A stretch of DNA of 32,000 bases, from contig NZ_CP046579.1 of NCBI RefSeq assembly GCF_013365475.1, positions 90,001-122,000 on the forward strand, given 5' to 3'. The number at the start of each line of letters is the position of its first letter. Within the stretch, counting starts at the first letter, position 1. Under the pieces are notes generated by a model that had not been told where the DNA came from, made no database searches, and saw nothing but the letters and a program-made list of their open reading frames with translations. Position numbers and translations under genes: made by a program. Source of the DNA: Candidatus Saccharimonadota bacterium. GTDB lineage: Bacteria; Pseudomonadota; Alphaproteobacteria; Rickettsiales; Anaplasmataceae. Shown piece after piece: positions 27,483 to 32,000 of this stretch.

Positions 27483-28634
27483 TTAGGGTATTGTACCCCC
27501 CAGCCAAACAAGGCCAGTGATATGAAGAAAATGCCCAAAGCTATAAGAATAAATTTGTAATCTTATCATAGAGCTTTTTACTTCTCTACAATCTAATTTT
27601 GGCAACAGCCAATAAACAAAGTTCATAAAAGCTATTGTAATGCCAATTACAGATCCGTGATAGTGAGCAGGAATAGTAACATTTCCTTCAATAGTCAGAA
27701 CTCCAAGCACACATCCATAGATAAATAATACAAATGAGTATAGCAAGTAATTGTCCTTATCATTTAATAAGCTTTTTATACTAAGGAACACTAACATTGT
27801 TAAAAAACACGGTATAATTACCCCAACAATCCTCATATGCCAAGTAAAAAACTGTATCAACTCATCATTATTTACCGAATATATGAAATATATAAATGGT
27901 GCACATGCAACTAAGATCGTGTTTCCAAATAGTGGGAAAATAGTAATTTTGCTGCTTAGATTCCTGCTGGCACAGGAACTCAGCATTATTAGATAAACTA
28001 AAAACATTCCTTGAGCAAAAGCAAATTGTAGCAAATGTCCTCCTCCCCAAAAAATATATTCGTAAAATAAACTCTTATCTGAGTAATACATACTTTTAGG
28101 AATATTTTTGCAAGCTAGAATAAAGCAAAGGAATGACGATCCAAGTATAATAACTAGTCCAATTTGGCCAATAGAAAAATAAGAGACTTGTTGCTTATTT
28201 AATATACAAGCAAGGATTGCATTTATCAATACACTGATAATAAACAAACTAAGCCCAAACAAAAATAATTTGTTCTGTAATACAGGAATATAGTTGCTTT
28301 TGATAACTTCTGTGCCTGGAACAAACACTGATACAAACATTAGCATCATGGAAATGGTTGATAGAATCCACAAAAAATTTAGCCACTTATTAGTGTTTTT
28401 TATATTTATGACAAAGAGCAAAGATATTATAGAACACATCCACACCAAAATCGACAAATTAACATGTATCACTAATGCATTATCAAAAATATATTGTGTA
28501 GAGGAGATAAGAAAGGAAGCAAAAGTCAATCGTAGAAAAACGATAATTATCGAAAGCAGCCCAGAACAAGCAAGAGCGCATACTGACAAAAATATCCATT
28601 TCTTGCAAAGTAGAACATTATTTTGTATAAGCAC
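27483..28634 (-). CDS. Polytopic membrane protein resembling heme-copper oxidase subunit I (COX1/cbb3 CcoN superfamily); possibly frameshifted at its 3' end
   Basis: The 383 aa product uses a GTG start and has at least 10 hydrophobic helices. The His pattern is placed as in HCO subunit I: FDNALVIHVNLS (helix II-like), IFWGGGHLLQF (compare WFFGHPEVY), FTWHMRI (compare the HH motif, but only one His here), PAHYHGSV (compare HFHYV) and GHFLHITGL (compare HFLGL..PRR). This is motif matching from memory, with no HMM run. Confidence 0.6.
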   Translation of the reverse strand: MLIQNNVLLCKKWIFLSVCALACSGLLSIIIVFLRLTFASFLISSTQYIFDNALVIHVNLSILVWMCSIISLLFVINIKNTNKWLNFLWILSTISMMLMFVSVFVPGTEVIKSNYIPVLQNKLFLFGLSLFIISVLINAILACILNKQQVSYFSIGQIGLVIILGSSFLCFILACKNIPKSMYYSDKSLFYEYIFWGGGHLLQFAFAQGMFLVYLIMLSSCASRNLSSKITIFPLFGNTILVACAPFIYFIYSVNNDELIQFFTWHMRIVGVIIPCFLTMLVFLSIKSLLNDKDNYLLYSFVLFIYGCVLGVLTIEGNVTIPAHYHGSVIGITIAFMNFVYWLLPKLDCREVKSSMIRLQIYSYSFGHFLHITGLVWLGGTIP

Positions 28635-28684
28635 AGCTGTCTCTCTTCTTATTACCGATTGATAAAATGTATTATATTAACTAT

Positions 28685-28713
28685 TTCCCAATCAATTGTT
28701 CTATTGTTATAAT
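28685..28713 (+). promoter_or_regulatory. Orphan candidate promoter (extended -10) with no gene downstream
   Basis: TTCCCA at 28685-28690 matches TTGACA at 4 of 6 positions. After a 17 nt spacer comes TGT-TATAAT, with TATAAT at 28708-28713. This is the third exact copy of TTGTTATAATTA (28704-28715). It points into the 2 kb ORF-free region. Confidence 0.3.
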
Positions 28714-30681
28714 TAAATAATTATCTTATCCAATAGAGATTTAAGTGCAATATGAATTACTACAACAAAGTTATGCATCTTTTTCTTTTTCAAAGATACA
28801 ATTATTCCTATTCATACTAGCTATGAAAGCAGTCCATTAGCATTAATCTGAGCCTTCAATGTTTCTTACTTATACTTAGTGATAAATGTCATCATGGATT
28901 GTAACTCAATGTTAGATGCAATTTTTTTAATGTAGCAATTTCTGCTATGTTCTATGACTAACATTAATTCTGCTTGGTACTAGTAAATCACTAAATTAAA
29001 ATTGCTTTTTAAACAAAAATGTTCCAATTTTTGGAAAAATACTATCAAGTCACTAAATCGAGTACCTTCATATCACCATCCATTAAGTTAAAATAACTTC
29101 TCCTACAGTTTTGCTAACATGGCAGTATTTGTAAACTATATTCTATATGCTATATAAATCATGTTATGGCTTTGTAAGCAACACATTGTGCTTGATTGGA
29201 GTTTATTTTATATGGTAAGCAAATATCAGTATTGCTCTATTAAAGTTAATTTGACCACATATATTTGTTCTGCTTTTCTAGCCTTACAAAAAAACAATGT
29301 ATTTTACAGATAAATGTTTAGAGCTTATCTCAAGTGCCACTGACAAGATGGTAACCGAGTGCATTTCCAAACATCATACCTATAAGGTTGTTTCAAATGA
29401 ATGTCAAGAAAATTATTCCATGAAACTGTCTATAGCAAAACTATTTGAAGCTGAATAAGATTCAGTGGTTATATGTACTTACTTTAGTTCTCATGACTTT
29501 CAATTTATAATTGATACAAATATTTGATTTGAAATTTCATTCATAATGATCGTAATAAAAAGAGAAATGATAAGTTACACTGAAATTTCGCTCTATCATG
29601 ACTACTAGCATATCAACATCCAATTTTCCAGATAATAAACAAAAGGCTTATCCAAGTTTTGAGAACAAATATATTAGTTTCACTGAAATTTAAGATTACC
29701 CAAATACTATATAGATTTAACTATAAAAAATGGTTAAATCGCTTTTAATAAAGTCCATTCTTTTGAAAATACAGAACCAATACCCATATGAAAATATGCT
29801 TATGATAATTAAAACATGCTAAAAGCAGAACCTATTAGTTATCCGGACGTGATGAATCAATGTTCGTAAATTTGACACTCCTGCCTTATGCTACTAATTT
29901 TGGAAAATTTCAATTGACGGGAAAATATACCCAAAATTAAGAATTCTTTACATAAAGTACAAGAATAATTTTTTAAGACTCATCACTTTCTTATAATCTT
30001 CTAATGAAGAACACCCTCTCTAGAAAAATATTAGTAACAGTTAGGTTGCAAAGAATGCAGATCCATGTTTTTATGTATTCATTAAGAATTTCTCAAGATT
30101 ATGAATCACCTGTTATGAAAAGGTGTAAATCGCTCGAGCTAGAAAAGACATTACAACTGCAAAAGCAATTCTTTTAATGAACCTATGTTGATTCTAAATT
30201 GGATTAGAATAATATCTCACTTAATTCTGTAATTGTGAAGTGACATTTAAAAATTCTAACAGAAGTGTCAATGCAAGATAAAATTACTATAGTCATAGCG
30301 GGTCTTTTGCATAAGCTTTTCATATGGAATATATTTCAGTACTTGATCATATGGTAAGATTACAGAGAAGTGCGCCATCAGAAATTTCCTGATAAAGATA
30401 TAATATATAAAACTTTATAATATACTAAGTTGTTTGGTTTTATCAAATTATATAATGGATCCACTAAACAATTGAATAAAGTTACACTATCTATAATCTC
30501 AAGTACGTATGAAGAAGGCAATTTTTAGTCAATAAAATTAAAGGCTAAAAATTTAGATATAAAGCAACAAACATTTGTAAAAATGCCCCATCAAAAGGAA
30601 GAAGTCTTTTTTTGATATTCAGAACCATATTTTAACCCAACTAAGGGCCTTGCCTAAAAGAAAAATATAAGTGTTTAAGTG

Positions 30682-31908
30682 TTAAGAAAAATTAGTGTAA
30701 GGCATTAACTTGTATAACAATACAGAAGCATGCGCTGCTATTCCTTCACTTCTTCCAATAGAACCCAACTTTTCTGCAGTAGTCGTTTTGATATTTACAA
30801 GCTCATCATCAATTTCTAACACTTTTGATATAAAACCCCTCATTTCTGCTCTATAGGGAGATATTTTAGGCTCCTCACAAACTATAGTAATATCTAAATT
30901 AGATACACAATACCCTTTCTCTTTAGCTTTTGTAGCAGCAAAGCTCAGAAAGTAAGATGAGTTGCAATTTTTCCAATCAGCAGAACTTGAGGGGAAATGT
31001 TCCCCTATATCATCACATCCTAATGCTCCCAGTATGGCATCAACAGTTGCGTGTATTACTACATCACCATCGGAATGTGCTTCTATTGCCATGCTGTGCT
31101 CAATTTCTATACCACAAATTTTTATAAAATTCCTAGCTTTGTCTTGAGTTTTTATAAACTTATGTACATCATAACCAGTCCCAATGCGGTACTTAGGATC
31201 TTCAAGGAAGAAACTTGCTATACTAATATCTTCCTTTGTAGTTAACTTGAAATTGCTTTTTTCACCTCTAATAATTGCAACATATTTTTTGTACTCTAAC
31301 ATAAGCGATGAGTCATCAGTAAACTTTTTATTTGACTGGTGGCATAGTAGCAATTCTTCGAAATTAAAGATTTGAGGAGTTTGTATGGCCCTAAGTTTCT
31401 CCCTTGGAATTGCAGATTCAATAAAACTCCCATTCACCACCAACATAGTGTTTTCAACTTCTATTGTCGGTACTACTCCAGCACATTTCCCATCAACCAT
31501 AAAATGAATCAAGTTATCTATTAGAGCATTTGACACAAAAGGCCTGCATGCATCATGTATAATAACAAAATCTGGTTTCATTTCTTGCAAACTTTCAAGT
31601 CCAAATTTAACCGAGTTTTGCCTAATCTCTCCACCATGTACTGGACTCAGCAATTTAGCATCTATAATCGATGACATAGCTTCCTCGTAGGAACTTTCAT
31701 GATTCTTGTTAATAACTACTCTCACATAATCTACGTGCTGATTAGCCAAGAACTTCCTGACTGTATAAAATAAAACAGGCTTACCCGCTAACCTTATATA
31801 CTGCTTAGAAATTTCATTATTGCACCTGCTACCTATCCCTGCTGCGACCACTAATGCTGCGATTTTATACTCCTTGAATCCGCTAGTATACATAAGACTT
31901 CTTAACAA
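30682..31908 (-). CDS. ispDF: Bifunctional 2-C-methyl-D-erythritol 4-phosphate cytidylyltransferase / 2-C-methyl-D-erythritol 2,4-cyclodiphosphate synthase
   Basis: The 408 aa product has an IspD half (VVAAGIGSR, IHDACRPF, IQTPQ) fused to an IspF half (RIGTGYDVHKF, AHSDGDVVIHA, DIGEHFP). This fusion is typical of alphaproteobacteria. The track start is TTG at 31908; an alternative ATG lies at 31893. Confidence 0.95.
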   Translation of the reverse strand: MLRSLMYTSGFKEYKIAALVVAAGIGSRCNNEISKQYIRLAGKPVLFYTVRKFLANQHVDYVRVVINKNHESSYEEAMSSIIDAKLLSPVHGGEIRQNSVKFGLESLQEMKPDFVIIHDACRPFVSNALIDNLIHFMVDGKCAGVVPTIEVENTMLVVNGSFIESAIPREKLRAIQTPQIFNFEELLLCHQSNKKFTDDSSLMLEYKKYVAIIRGEKSNFKLTTKEDISIASFFLEDPKYRIGTGYDVHKFIKTQDKARNFIKICGIEIEHSMAIEAHSDGDVVIHATVDAILGALGCDDIGEHFPSSSADWKNCNSSYFLSFAATKAKEKGYCVSNLDITIVCEEPKISPYRAEMRGFISKVLEIDDELVNIKTTTAEKLGSIGRSEGIAAHASVLLYKLMPYTNFS

Positions 31909-31920
31909 TCTACTTTTGAA

Positions 31921-32000
31921 TCAGTAAATTTCTTCAACGTGTTTTACAATTCTATAAAAGTGGTCAAAATCCAGGCTTGCACTACCAACCAAAACTCCTG
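31921..32000 (-). CDS. tpiA: 3' end (last 25 codons) of triosephosphate isomerase; continues off the right edge
   Basis: Hand translation of the reverse strand gives GVLVGSASLDFDHFYRIVKHVEEIY, followed by a TGA stop at 31923-31921. G-x-LVG-x-ASL followed by an amphipathic helix is the conserved TIM C-terminus. Only a short fragment is visible. Confidence 0.65.
   Translation of the reverse strand, partial: GVLVGSASLDFDHFYRIVKHVEEIY

Noticed and set aside
28294-28662. 122 aa + strand ORF overlapping the 5' end of the HCO-like gene and running 28 nt beyond it
   Set aside because: It is antisense to a convincing polytopic membrane gene. Its sequence mirrors the hydrophobic codons opposite it, and I saw no RBS or motif. 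It is most likely a shadow ORF.
29297-29458. ATG-initiated 53-codon ORF (MYFTDKCLELISSATDKMVTECISKHH...) with a faint resemblance to a Clp_N domain start, possibly a clpB relic
   Set aside because: By my rough estimate several open runs of this length are expected by chance in 2 kb across six frames at this composition. I found no downstream Walker A or other Clp relics. The resemblance rests on only 4-5 residues.
1-32000. Window-wide search for CRISPR repeats, IS or transposase ORFs, integrases, phage genes, toxin-antitoxin pairs and long tandem repeats
   Set aside because: I found no regularly spaced direct repeats, no terminal inverted repeats flanking an ORF, and no ORF with a recombinase, transposase or toxin motif. 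The only repeat structures are the protein-level ankyrin modules and short motifs reported above.

Overview
This is an AT-rich window (about 30% GC by eye). Its gene content, scattered operons and long ORF-free spacers fit a reduced obligate-intracellular alphaproteobacterium of the Anaplasmataceae, Ehrlichia-like; I cannot name the species from sequence alone. I support 21 protein-coding genes and 2 tRNAs. Most are housekeeping genes: pyrC (5' fragment), sdhA, priA, clpA, class I aldolase, tRNA-Cys, pyrD, rnc, tRNA-Glu, gatA, an AEC-family transporter, fabF-acpP, ispA, an FKBP-like protein, a solitary MrpD-like subunit, tgt, nuoE, ispDF and tpiA (3' fragment). Only about 72% of the window is coding. 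Nine spacers contain no credible ORF, including ones of about 1.0, 1.1, 0.9, 1.45 and 2.05 kb. I found no CRISPR array, IS element, integrase, toxin-antitoxin pair or recognisable defence system, and I do not claim a new multi-gene system. Five things deserve a second look. (1) An orphan, divergent heme-copper-oxidase subunit I-like membrane gene has its last transmembrane helix displaced out of frame at a C6 homopolymer. (2) Two adjacent lineage-specific genes, a very basic Lys-rich protein and a membrane-anchored ankyrin-repeat protein, are secreted-effector candidates. (3) PriA carries an insertion of about 95 aa, rich in cysteines, inside helicase lobe 1. (4) An exact 12-mer extended -10 promoter motif (TTGTTATAATTA) occurs three times, and the third copy fires into a 2 kb region with no gene. 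(5) Several large spacers show strong strand-compositional asymmetry, with C about 2:1 over G on the + strand. All functional calls rest on remembered motifs and family knowledge, not on database searches.
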